From IMG/VR virus record IMGVR_UViG_3300035156_000166, positions 1-39,363 of that record: a DNA stretch of 39,363 bases. One strand, written 5' to 3'. How positions within the stretch are numbered: the first letter of the stretch is position 1; every line of letters begins with the position of its first letter. The position numbers and the translations under genes are program-made. Shown in pieces: positions 14,747-21,550 of the stretch. The notes beneath the pieces are model-generated. The model did no database searches and was not told the DNA's origin. It worked only from the letters and a program-made list of their open reading frames with translations. The DNA is from a virus.

Positions 14747-14928
14747 GCGCCGAGATCGAGACCCCGGCGAAGAGTGAGGACCAGACCGGCCACTGCACCG
14801 CGAAGACCTCGAGAGGTCCGTGCCCGTGCCCCGCCTTCGTCTTCCTGCGCAGAGATCAGGGTTACCCGATCTGCGCGGACTGCACCCATACCCAACAGAT
14901 CCACGCGCTGAAGGAGTCGGTATCGTGA
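14743..14928 (+). CDS. Small Cys-rich protein
   Basis: Track ORF trimmed to ATG 14743 (ATGA overlap). Motifs: HC..CPCP..CADC. Confidence 0.5.
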   Translation: MSAEIETPAKSEDQTGHCTAKTSRGPCPCPAFVFLRRDQGYPICADCTHTQQIHALKESVS

Positions 14929-15935
14929 CGGAGCCTCAGGTCGACCCCGAAGGCATGTTCGGATGGGTCGACCCCGTTCGCCGCTCAGCCGACGGACGTC
15001 CCTACATCATCGGCCCGTGCCCGAACGCGCACCCGGAGCCCAGCGAGGCTATCCCTTCCGATCACTACTGCGTCGAAGGCCGCGTGCCCAGTGCGAAGCG
15101 CGAGGGCAAGACTGTCCAGTGCCCGAAGTGCAAGGGTGTCGGATGGATCGAGACGCTCTACACGCGATGCACCACCTTCGTCTCTGCGATGGAGGAGTCA
15201 TCGGCGCTCGCCGCGTGGAAGTTGCGCCTCGTCCTAACCGGTGTCGCGCTTGACGCTCGTAACGTCTCGGAGCGCCGGATCATTGACGAGCTCGTGGAGA
15301 TCGACTTCGACGAGCCCGGAGAGGCTGACCTCTTCACGCTGACCACGAAGCAACAGATCGACGCGATCGCCGAGCACGCCTTCGAGATCGCAGACGGCCA
15401 CCTCAAGGCGAAAAAGGGCACGACGCTCCACGAGCTCTCCGAGCTGGTCGACCGGCAGGAGCCGCTGCCACCCGAGACGACCGACCAAGAGCGCGCGGAT
15501 CTGGGCGCGTATGTCCGTGTCGTCGAGTCGCTCGGTCTGGTCATGCTCGAGTCGGAGCTGTTCGTGGTGAACGATGAGCTGAAGATCGCGGGCACGCTGG
15601 ACCGGCTCTGTGGCTCGAAGACCGAAGCGCTCTGTGACCAGTGCGAGCTCCCCGTGATCGTCGACCTCAAGACCGGCAGGGTCGACTACGGGGCCGGGAA
15701 GATCGCTCAACAGCTCGCCGTGTACTCCCGCTCGAAGCGCTACGATCCGGTCAGCGGGGCCCGCTCCGAACTCGGTGCCTGCCCGCACAAGGGAATCGTG
15801 ATCCACCTGCCGCAAGGGACCGGCGAGGCGGAGCCGCTGTTGGTCGACCTCGAGGCGGGCTATGGCGGAGCGTTGATGTCGCGCGACGTCCGGCAGTACC
15901 GCAACGCATCGAAGAAATGGCTGAGCCCGCTATGA
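14925..15935 (+). CDS. PD-(D/E)XK nuclease (RecB/Cas4-like exonuclease) with an N-terminal zinc finger
   Basis: GTG 14925 (GTGA overlap, RBS aaggag). Motifs GTLDRL, VIVDLKTG and QQLAVY fit D...D/ExK...QxxxY. N-terminal CPKCKGVG. Confidence 0.65.
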   Translation: MTEPQVDPEGMFGWVDPVRRSADGRPYIIGPCPNAHPEPSEAIPSDHYCVEGRVPSAKREGKTVQCPKCKGVGWIETLYTRCTTFVSAMEESSALAAWKLRLVLTGVALDARNVSERRIIDELVEIDFDEPGEADLFTLTTKQQIDAIAEHAFEIADGHLKAKKGTTLHELSELVDRQEPLPPETTDQERADLGAYVRVVESLGLVMLESELFVVNDELKIAGTLDRLCGSKTEALCDQCELPVIVDLKTGRVDYGAGKIAQQLAVYSRSKRYDPVSGARSELGACPHKGIVIHLPQGTGEAEPLLVDLEAGYGGALMSRDVRQYRNASKKWLSPL

Positions 15936-16252
15936 GCGGCGGATCATACGACTACGCTTGTTTCGCTCGCGAGCTCGACGAGCTGTTAGGTCACGTGCAC
16001 AATCTCGAGGCACTGCGCGACCGCCTCGCCGGACTGCCCTACGCTCGTGCTGCCGCGGTCGAGACCGAGCGTCTGGTTGCGAAGCTCCGGAGCTGGGAAG
16101 TGCAAGCGCGCGTAGCTGCGGAGCGTCTCGGCCCCGTTTGGCACGCCGTCGAGTGGTGGGATTCGTGCGACTCCGGCGAGGATCGAGTGCGCGAGGCCGT
16201 CGAAAACTTCCTAGAGATTTCTCACGATTCTAGGTTGACTTCTGAGCCGTAG
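15932..16252 (+). CDS. Hypothetical protein
   Basis: ATGA overlap. 106 aa, in frame with track ORF 15641..16252. Confidence 0.55.
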   Translation: MSGGSYDYACFARELDELLGHVHNLEALRDRLAGLPYARAAAVETERLVAKLRSWEVQARVAAERLGPVWHAVEWWDSCDSGEDRVREAVENFLEISHDSRLTSEP

Positions 16253-16262
16253 GGTGTAGAGT
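16235..16262 (+). promoter_or_regulatory. Promoter TTGACT-N16-TAGAGT
   Basis: -35 at 16235-16240, -10 at 16257-16262. Overlaps the stop of the upstream gene. Member of the TAGAGT promoter family. Confidence 0.6.
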
Positions 16263-16277
16263 TGTACTCAAGAGGTT

Positions 16278-16319
16278 GATCCGGGGACGGGATCGTATAG
16301 GCGTGAAACTCCCCGGATC
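16278..16319 (+). promoter_or_regulatory. 5' UTR stem-loop (10-bp perfect stem, 22-nt loop) ahead of the SSB-like gene
   Basis: GATCCGGGGA (16278-16287) / TCCCCGGATC (16310-16319). No U tract. Confidence 0.45.
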
Positions 16320-16367
16320 TCCTCACCTCCACCACTCCGCACCACCTCAACAGATGGGAGCCCTCTC

Positions 16368-16970
16368 ATGGGCATGTTCGACGAAGAGAAGCTAGGCGTC
16401 CCGGCGATCTCGCTGAAGACCGTTCGCAAGGGGACGACGCTCAAGGGCACGATCCTCCCGATCCCGAAGGTCAACGCGAAGACCGGCGCGGTCGATCTCC
16501 TCAGCTACCGCGAGGACCCCGCGAAGGATCGCACCGGCAAGCCGAAGCTCTTCCCCTCCGGCGACCCGATCATGGTCGGTCAGCTCTTGCTGAAGACCGA
16601 TCTCCGGGACTGGCAGTACTCGAGCCCGGAGTTCGAGGAGCGCACGAGCGACTTCCCGGAGGAGACCGACACCGGCTTGCGTCGATTCTTCGTCGAGTCG
16701 ATGTACGTCGTCTCCGCGGTGCGTGCCGCGAAGAAACGGCTCCGGGTCGCCCCGGAGGTCGGCGGGTCCTTCTCCATCACGGTGAAGGGCTTGCTGAAGG
16801 GCACGATGAAGAGCGGCGAGCCGTACACCTACCCCGACCTCGAGGTGTCGTGGTCCCCCGCCACGCCGGAGGGCAAGGCCGTCGTCGAAGAGTACTCGAA
16901 GACGATGGTCCTGCCGGAGACCGCTTCGGATATGGGCTTCGATCAGGGAGACGAAGAGCCTCCCTTCTGA
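16368..16970 (+). CDS. Single-stranded-DNA-binding-like protein (non-canonical body, SSB-type acidic tip)
   Basis: 200 aa ending DQGDEEPPF, which resembles the SSB C-terminal protein-interaction tip. Located in the recombination/replication block. Confidence 0.55.
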   Translation: MGMFDEEKLGVPAISLKTVRKGTTLKGTILPIPKVNAKTGAVDLLSYREDPAKDRTGKPKLFPSGDPIMVGQLLLKTDLRDWQYSSPEFEERTSDFPEETDTGLRRFFVESMYVVSAVRAAKKRLRVAPEVGGSFSITVKGLLKGTMKSGEPYTYPDLEVSWSPATPEGKAVVEEYSKTMVLPETASDMGFDQGDEEPPF

Positions 16971-17007
16971 TCTTCGCTCGGTCCCGTCGGAGGAGGCCGA
17001 TCGAAAG

Positions 17008-17035
17008 GGGACCGGGCGCATCGCTGCCCGGTCCC
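17008..17035 (+). terminator. Stem-loop downstream of the SSB-like gene
   Basis: GGGACCGGGC / GCCCGGTCCC, 10-bp stem with 8-nt loop. Confidence 0.55.
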
Positions 17036-17041
17036 TACCTA

Positions 17042-17145
17042 GGGAAGGTAGCTCAACGGCAGAGCAACGGGTGCACTCGAGCGGCAAAGGGTTGATCTCC
17101 GGAGCCGGTACACCGTAGTTGGAGGTTCGAATCCTCCCCTTTCCA
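17042..17145 (+). ncRNA. tRNA-like element (104 nt) with canonical acceptor, D and T arms but an expanded, non-canonical anticodon region
   Basis: Acceptor GGGAAGG/CCTTTCC. U8-A9. D arm GCTC-AACGGCA-GAGC. T arm GGAGG-TTCGAAT-CCTCC. Discriminator A. About 50 nt (17067-17116) stand where a 17-nt anticodon arm is expected. Confidence 0.55.
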
Positions 17146-17263
17146 CCGTGCCAGGCTTGACGTAAGGCTCAGGAAGTGCCGTCGGCTCTGTTCCCCCGCA
17201 CCCGACCGCGTGACCACGACACCTGCCAAGCCTGGCACTCACACATAGAGACGGGAGAGCGAC

Positions 17264-17470
17264 GTGCCCACCACCTACCGACGGACCGCTCACCGGCTCG
17301 AGGAGCTGCAGGCTGCGTACGCCGCGGGGCTCGACCATGAGCAAGCCGTTGCTGATCTCGGACTGACACCCGGAGCCCTGGCGAAGTGGCTCGAGCGTCA
17401 AGGCGAGCTCGAGCTTGCCCGTCCGTTCTACCGAATCTCTGAAGCGCACCGACGGAAGGAAGCAAGATGA
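17264..17470 (+). CDS. Small HTH-like DNA-binding protein
   Basis: GTG start with RBS gggagag. Contains GLDHEQAVADLGLTPGALAKWLERQG. Confidence 0.5.
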   Translation: MPTTYRRTAHRLEELQAAYAAGLDHEQAVADLGLTPGALAKWLERQGELELARPFYRISEAHRRKEAR

Positions 17471-17814
17471 CCAAGCCCGGAGAAAGAGCTGTCCGCCGTG
17501 CCAAGATCGCTCGAGCTGCAGAGTTGCACGCTGAAGGTGTCCCGGTCGCTCAGATCGCTGTCCACCTCGCCACCACCGAGGGCAGGGTGCGCCGGTATCT
17601 CGAGTCGGCGAAGGCTGCAGAGCCGAGGAGACCGGAGTTCGTGGGGCTAGCCGGAGACAATCGGCAGAGGTTCCTCGTCCGCCCGGATGAGATCGCCGCG
17701 ATCCAGGATTTCGGAGACCGCGGTTGCGTTGTCTACCTCTCCGGAGTCGAGAAGGGACTGGACATCGCGACCACGACCGAGGAGGTCTTGCGCCGGATCG
17801 CTGCGTTGAGGTGA
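17467..17814 (+). CDS. HTH DNA-binding protein (sigma-70 region-4-like)
   Basis: ATGA overlap. Contains AELHAEGVPVAQIAVHLATTEGRVRRYL. Confidence 0.55.
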   Translation: MTKPGERAVRRAKIARAAELHAEGVPVAQIAVHLATTEGRVRRYLESAKAAEPRRPEFVGLAGDNRQRFLVRPDEIAAIQDFGDRGCVVYLSGVEKGLDIATTTEEVLRRIAALR

Positions 17815-18443
17815 GGGTCTGCATAGAGCTCGACTGTGAGCTCGAGGCTGCGCCTAGGCGTCAGCGGTGCGAGGAGTGCTGGTTGGCCCGTCAGCCGCCC
17901 GTTGTGCGCGCTGAGGCTGCCCTGCGCCGCCTGTCGATGGTGCCGGAGTCGGCTCGGAAAAAGACCGTCGACAAATCCGTCTGGCCGAAGGGCCGGAGGT
18001 GGTGCGCTAGCTGCCAGACCTTCGTCCGGCTGCAGGACTGCACCGGCTCGAGGTGCAAGGCGTGCCAGGGGATCGCTGCCCACAAGTCCCGCGCGAAGAG
18101 CAACTTCGGGATCTCGGAGGAGGACTACCAGTGGCTGCTAGTGCTGCAGCACGGGAAGTGTGCAATCTGCCGTGAGCGTCCGCGGACTAAGCGCCTAGCC
18201 CTCGACCACGATCACAAGCATGAGCCCTGTAAGGGTGAGGGTTGCCGCGACTGCGTGCGCGGTCTGATCTGCGCTCGGTGCAATCACGAGCTCCTCGCCG
18301 CGGCGCATGAGTCGATCCACATCTTGCGTAACGCGGTGGCCTACCTCGAAGATCCGCCGATGTCCGGCCGTTGGGCGATCCCCGCCTTCGAGCGGGAGGC
18401 GTGGGAGGCCGAGCATCCCGGTCAGGAGATCCCGCCCTACTGA
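17811..18443 (+). CDS. Endonuclease VII family (Holliday-junction resolvase-like) with an N-terminal Cys-rich domain
   Basis: GTGA overlap start. Motif KCAICRERPRTKRLALDHDH...CVRGLICARCNHEL. Confidence 0.75.
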   Translation: MRVCIELDCELEAAPRRQRCEECWLARQPPVVRAEAALRRLSMVPESARKKTVDKSVWPKGRRWCASCQTFVRLQDCTGSRCKACQGIAAHKSRAKSNFGISEEDYQWLLVLQHGKCAICRERPRTKRLALDHDHKHEPCKGEGCRDCVRGLICARCNHELLAAAHESIHILRNAVAYLEDPPMSGRWAIPAFEREAWEAEHPGQEIPPY

Positions 18444-18574
18444 GCTAGTACCCGCTCCACGGCTGCCTCGATCGTGTCGAATTCGAGCTTCGTGATCGGC
18501 TCTCTCCCCTTGAGCTGCACGAAGCGAGCCCTCATGGATTCCCAGGCTGCGATCCGTGCCTTCGTTGTGGTCAT
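18437..18574 (-). CDS. 45-aa protein on the opposite strand inside the early region
   Basis: Track ORF trimmed to ATG 18574. It has its own consensus promoter 7 nt upstream. Its 3' end overlaps the endonuclease VII 3' end by 7 nt. Confidence 0.5.
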   Translation of the reverse strand: MTTTKARIAAWESMRARFVQLKGREPITKLEFDTIEAAVERVLAQ

Positions 18575-18581
18575 GTGGACT

Positions 18582-18610
18582 ACGCTACAGGAACAAAGAT
18601 CTGAAGTCAA
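18582..18610 (-). promoter_or_regulatory. Promoter TTGACT-N17-TAGCGT, 7 nt before ATG 18574 (leaderless type)
   Basis: Minus strand reads gtgTTGACTtcagatctttgttcctgTAGCGTagtccacATG. Confidence 0.6.
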
Positions 18611-18612
18611 CA

Positions 18613-18622
18613 CGTTTAAACG
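18613..18622. promoter_or_regulatory. Perfect palindrome CGTTTAAACG centred between the two divergent -35 boxes (candidate operator)
   Basis: agtcaa-ca-CGTTTAAACG-c-ttgcgc. Member of the dispersed motif family. Confidence 0.5.
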
Positions 18623-18623
18623 C

Positions 18624-18652
18624 TTGCGCTGCGTGTGGATCTCGTGTAGAGT
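18624..18652 (+). promoter_or_regulatory. Promoter TTGCGC-N17-TAGAGT plus CGTAGACA block
   Basis: -10 at 18647-18652. The 18-mer is identical to the 3419 and 21503 copies. Confidence 0.65.
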
Positions 18653-18692
18653 CGTAGACAGAAAGCAAGACCTACACCACCAAGGAGACACC

Positions 18693-19322
18693 GTGACGAT
18701 CAACTACAGCACCCGCGAAGAGTGGCTCATCGCTGCTACCGCCCTCATGCGCACCGAGGTCTTCGAGCCGAAGGAGATCACCATCCCCGCGGTCCGGCTC
18801 TCCGTCGGTTGGCCCGGAGGTCGTGCGGACCAGAGCACGACCGGGGGTCAGTGCTGGAAGAGCGCCATGAGCGCCGACAAGATCCCTCAGGTCTTCGTCT
18901 CCCCGATCGTCGACGACGCCGCTCAGGTGCTCGAGGTTCTGGGCCACGAGCTGATCCACGCGGTCGACGATTGCGAGAGCGGTCACCGCGGAGCCTTCGC
19001 GAAGATGATGAAGACCGTCGGCTACGAGGGCAAGATGACCGGGTGCACCGCGGGCCAGTCGCTCAAAGACATCTACGCTCTTCTCCTGATCGAGCTCGGG
19101 GACTACCCGCACTCGAAGCTCGGTGTCGCCGGTGACGCTGGTCAGGATCCCGACGGCGGCGCGGAGTCCCCGAAAAAGCAAGGGACCCGGATGCTCAAGG
19201 TCTCGTGCCAGAGCCCCGACCTCGAGGGTGAGGCGTACTCGGTCCGGATGACCCGGAAGTGGCTCGATCTCTACGGGGCCCCGATCTGCCCGTGCCACGG
19301 GGTCGAAATGATCGAAGGCTGA
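18693..19322 (+). CDS. SprT-like zinc metalloprotease domain protein
   Basis: GTG 18693 after RBS aaggaga. HExxH in VLGHELIHAVDDCESGHRGAF. C-terminal CPCH. Confidence 0.65.
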   Translation: MTINYSTREEWLIAATALMRTEVFEPKEITIPAVRLSVGWPGGRADQSTTGGQCWKSAMSADKIPQVFVSPIVDDAAQVLEVLGHELIHAVDDCESGHRGAFAKMMKTVGYEGKMTGCTAGQSLKDIYALLLIELGDYPHSKLGVAGDAGQDPDGGAESPKKQGTRMLKVSCQSPDLEGEAYSVRMTRKWLDLYGAPICPCHGVEMIEG

Positions 19323-19324
19323 TC

Positions 19325-19591
19325 GTGCCCTGCCAGAAGAGGATGCCGGTCCGGGCCAATGATGAGCCCGGATCGGGATGCCGGAGAGACTGCCTGCACC
19401 GTGCGCTCGTGAAGCGCTACCGCTCCGAGAAGGGCGCGTACGACGAAGCGCGCAAGCTCGAGCGGGAAGAGGCTACCCACGGGTTCGCCACGGAGGGCAC
19501 AGACTGGGACGAGGATCATCCCTCGTGGGGCTTCAGAGAGTTTCTCGTACAATCCGCCGCGGGGCTTGCGCCAGAGCCTCAGAGCGTGTAG
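19325..19591 (+). CDS. Hypothetical protein (start GTG 19325 or ATG 19343)
   Basis: In frame with track ORF 19259..19591. Confidence 0.45.
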   Translation: MPCQKRMPVRANDEPGSGCRRDCLHRALVKRYRSEKGAYDEARKLEREEATHGFATEGTDWDEDHPSWGFREFLVQSAAGLAPEPQSV

Positions 19592-19594
19592 AGT
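19566..19594 (+). promoter_or_regulatory. Promoter TTGCGC-N17-TAGAGT, 7 nt before ATG 19602 (leaderless type)
   Basis: Reads gcTTGCGCcagagcctcagagcgtgTAGAGTcttctacATG. GTAGA/TCTAC form a small inverted repeat around the -10. Confidence 0.6.
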
Positions 19595-19601
19595 CTTCTA
19601 C

Positions 19602-19802
19602 ATGAGCAACTACTGCGACACCGAGACCTGCGAGATCTGCCAAACCGAGACGGTCGAAGGCAACGACGAGCTCGGTCGATGCATCCACTGCTCGCACCTG
19701 AGCCGCCAGGCGCAGAGCCTCGAGCACCTCCTCAGCCTTATGGCTGCCGGAGTCACCCGCGACGCCCGGACCGGACGCTTCGCCTCAGTCAGGAAGGGCT
19801 GA
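19602..19802 (+). CDS. Small Cys-rich (zinc-finger-like) protein
   Basis: MSNYCDTETCEICQ...CIHCSHL. Track ORF trimmed to the ATG that follows the promoter. Confidence 0.55.
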   Translation: MSNYCDTETCEICQTETVEGNDELGRCIHCSHLSRQAQSLEHLLSLMAAGVTRDARTGRFASVRKG

Positions 19803-19805
19803 TCG

Positions 19806-20054
19806 ATGGAGCCGTGGCAGGGTGTCCTCGTCGGCTTCGGCTCTGCGGTCTGCTGGTTGCCGTGGCTGCGCTCATGGCTAGCCTCGCCGACCGTTGTCCG
19901 CCCGACCGAGCGCCAGCTCTACAACCAGACCGACGCGCTTATGAAAGAGGTACTGGCAGGCGTGATCGACGAGCTGCAGACCGGTCGCACGAAGATAGAT
20001 CAGATCCAGGACGCATTCCGCGTCAACGTAACCGTAGAGAGGCTAGACCGATGA
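19806..20054 (+). CDS. Hypothetical protein with a hydrophobic N-terminus
   Basis: ORF track, 82 aa. Confidence 0.55.
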   Translation: MEPWQGVLVGFGSAVCWLPWLRSWLASPTVVRPTERQLYNQTDALMKEVLAGVIDELQTGRTKIDQIQDAFRVNVTVERLDR

Positions 20055-20263
20055 TCAGACACACGAACCAAGAGCGAGCCATGCCACGCACAGAGCTCGT
20101 GCTGAAGAGGCTAGCGGAGGGCGCGAGCTACGCCGATCTCGCCGCGGAGCTGGGCATCGCTCAAGACTCCGTACGGACGACGGTCTACCGGGCCCGCCAG
20201 CGCGCCGGTCTGCGGCGGCGCGTGACCTTCGAGCCGACCGGAGAGGGCTCGAGCGATGCCTGA
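20051..20263 (+). CDS. LuxR / sigma-70 region-4-type HTH protein
   Basis: ATGA overlap. Contains LKRLAEGASYADLAAELGIAQDSVRTTVYRARQRAG. Confidence 0.6.
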   Translation: MIRHTNQERAMPRTELVLKRLAEGASYADLAAELGIAQDSVRTTVYRARQRAGLRRRVTFEPTGEGSSDA

Positions 20264-20483
20264 GCCCTGTAGCGTGCACAAGATCAGAGCGTGTACGATC
20301 TGCGATCCGCAATGGGTTGCGATTGGCTACTCAAGTGAGGGTGCGCGGACCTACGGCAACGTTTACACGACGTCGCGCGTGGGTCAGTTCCCGGCCGGTC
20401 CGATGGGGGATCGGCGGACCAAGCGCGACCGGGACCGTTCGACCCGCGAGCGGCGTGCTATCGAGAGGGACGCCGATGCCTGA
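20256..20483 (+). CDS. Hypothetical protein
   Basis: ORF track, 75 aa. Confidence 0.5.
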   Translation: MPEPCSVHKIRACTICDPQWVAIGYSSEGARTYGNVYTTSRVGQFPAGPMGDRRTKRDRDRSTRERRAIERDADA

Positions 20484-20667
20484 GCCGAGACGCCGCACCC
20501 ACCGTGCGGACTGTGCGGTGCACAATCTCGAGAGCTGCGACTGTGACCGGAGCGGGCCACGCGCGACGAGCGGTAACGAGTTCGGGCAGGCCGTCCTGCT
20601 GCTCGCTGCATTTATTGTCCTGCTGATTTTCGTCAACGTGTTGACACGGCTACTCCCTAGCCTGTAG
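20476..20667 (+). CDS. Small membrane-anchored protein (C-terminal TM)
   Basis: ATG 20476, in frame with the track ORF. Contains AVLLLAAFIVLLIFVNVLTRLL. Confidence 0.5.
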   Translation: MPEPRRRTHRADCAVHNLESCDCDRSGPRATSGNEFGQAVLLLAAFIVLLIFVNVLTRLLPSL

Positions 20668-20670
20668 AGT
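20641..20670 (+). promoter_or_regulatory. Promoter TTGACA-N18-TAGAGT plus CATAGACA block
   Basis: -35 at 20641-20646, -10 at 20665-20670. Confidence 0.65.
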
Positions 20671-20707
20671 CATAGACAAGAGCTCAACCGAACCGAAGGA
20701 GACCGAA

Positions 20708-21061
20708 ATGTTCAACCCATACGAGCCGGAGACAGAGGAAGAGCGTCGGAGCAACGCCGGGGAGCCGGAGCCCCTCGAGGAGCCGGAGCCGGAGGAGCCG
20801 CCCTTCCCGGACCCGGAGGACGAGCGCGAGTCGCTCTCCTGGTTCGGCGGGGAGTACCCGGCCGTGCCGGAGGGAGCGGTCGCCGACTGGCCGAGCATTC
20901 TCCTCGCCTCGAGCTGGACCGAACCCGTCGGGGGAGAGGTGCGTGAGGTGGTGAGCCGAACGGTAACCCGCGAGCTCGACGTCCAGCGGTGCACCTTCCC
21001 GCGCGGTGTAAACGCGCTGGCCGATGCGCTGGACAAGCTCATCACGGAGCACGAGCACTGA
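20708..21061 (+). CDS. Acidic hypothetical protein
   Basis: ORF track, 117 aa. RBS gaaggagac. Confidence 0.6.
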   Translation: MFNPYEPETEEERRSNAGEPEPLEEPEPEEPPFPDPEDERESLSWFGGEYPAVPEGAVADWPSILLASSWTEPVGGEVREVVSRTVTRELDVQRCTFPRGVNALADALDKLITEHEH

Positions 21062-21213
21062 TGTTGTGGCTCGCGATGCTCTTCGGCGTGGTGATCGGGG
21101 TCTCCCTGACCACGCTCTACGCCGCCCGCGCACTGGATCGCCAGCGTGCCCACTACGAGCGGCAGGACGCCGCTCTGCTCGATACCGTTTGGCCTAGAAG
21201 GGATCTCCGATGA
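21061..21213 (+). CDS. Small single-TM protein (50 aa)
   Basis: TGATG overlap. MLWLAMLFGVVIGVSLTTLY. Confidence 0.5.
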   Translation: MLWLAMLFGVVIGVSLTTLYAARALDRQRAHYERQDAALLDTVWPRRDLR

Positions 21214-21314
21214 GTACCGGATTCTGGTTCGTCTATCTGGCAGGAGTCGCTACGCCGATCCTGCTATGGCTGCTCTACACCCTCTGCAATCGCCCGAGGC
21301 GGAGGAACTGGTGA
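21210..21314 (+). CDS. Small single-TM protein (34 aa)
   Basis: ATGA overlap. MSTGFWFVYLAGVATPILLWLLYTLCNRPRRRNW. Confidence 0.4.
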   Translation: MSTGFWFVYLAGVATPILLWLLYTLCNRPRRRNW

Positions 21315-21487
21315 AGAGCTGGACAGTAGCGGAGATCGAAGCCGCCCTCGAGGTACGCCGGGTGAGGTGCAAGCGAGCGCGTGCCCGTAACGACCGGCAG
21401 TCCGCACTGCTCGAGCTCGTCTACATCGATACCCTTCTCGAAATGCATACCGAAGCGATCGTGCGAGGTGGCCGCTCGAGGAGTTGA
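21311..21487 (+). CDS. Hypothetical protein (alternative start ATG 21266)
   Basis: GTGA overlap. In frame with track ORF 21146..21487. Confidence 0.4.
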   Translation: MKSWTVAEIEAALEVRRVRCKRARARNDRQSALLELVYIDTLLEMHTEAIVRGGRSRS

Positions 21488-21512
21488 CACGAGATCCGGA
21501 TACGTGTAGAGT
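21484..21512 (+). promoter_or_regulatory. Promoter TTGACA-N17-TAGAGT plus CGTAGACA block
   Basis: -35 at 21484-21489, -10 at 21507-21512. Confidence 0.7.
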
Positions 21513-21550
21513 CGTAGACAAGAGCAAGAACCTACCTCAAGGGAGACACC

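Noticed and set aside
17042-17145. tRNA-like element interpreted as an attP core for tRNA-targeted integration
   Set aside because: I found no tyrosine or serine integrase, excisionase or repressor in the genome. Both the 5' and 3' halves of the tRNA are present, not only a 3' fragment.
17148-17238. 12-bp inverted repeat GTGCCAGGCTTG / CAAGCCTGGCAC flanking 67 nt after the tRNA-like element
   Set aside because: My rough estimate is that about one such local 12-bp inverted repeat is expected by chance in a GC-biased 39-kb genome. There is no additional support.
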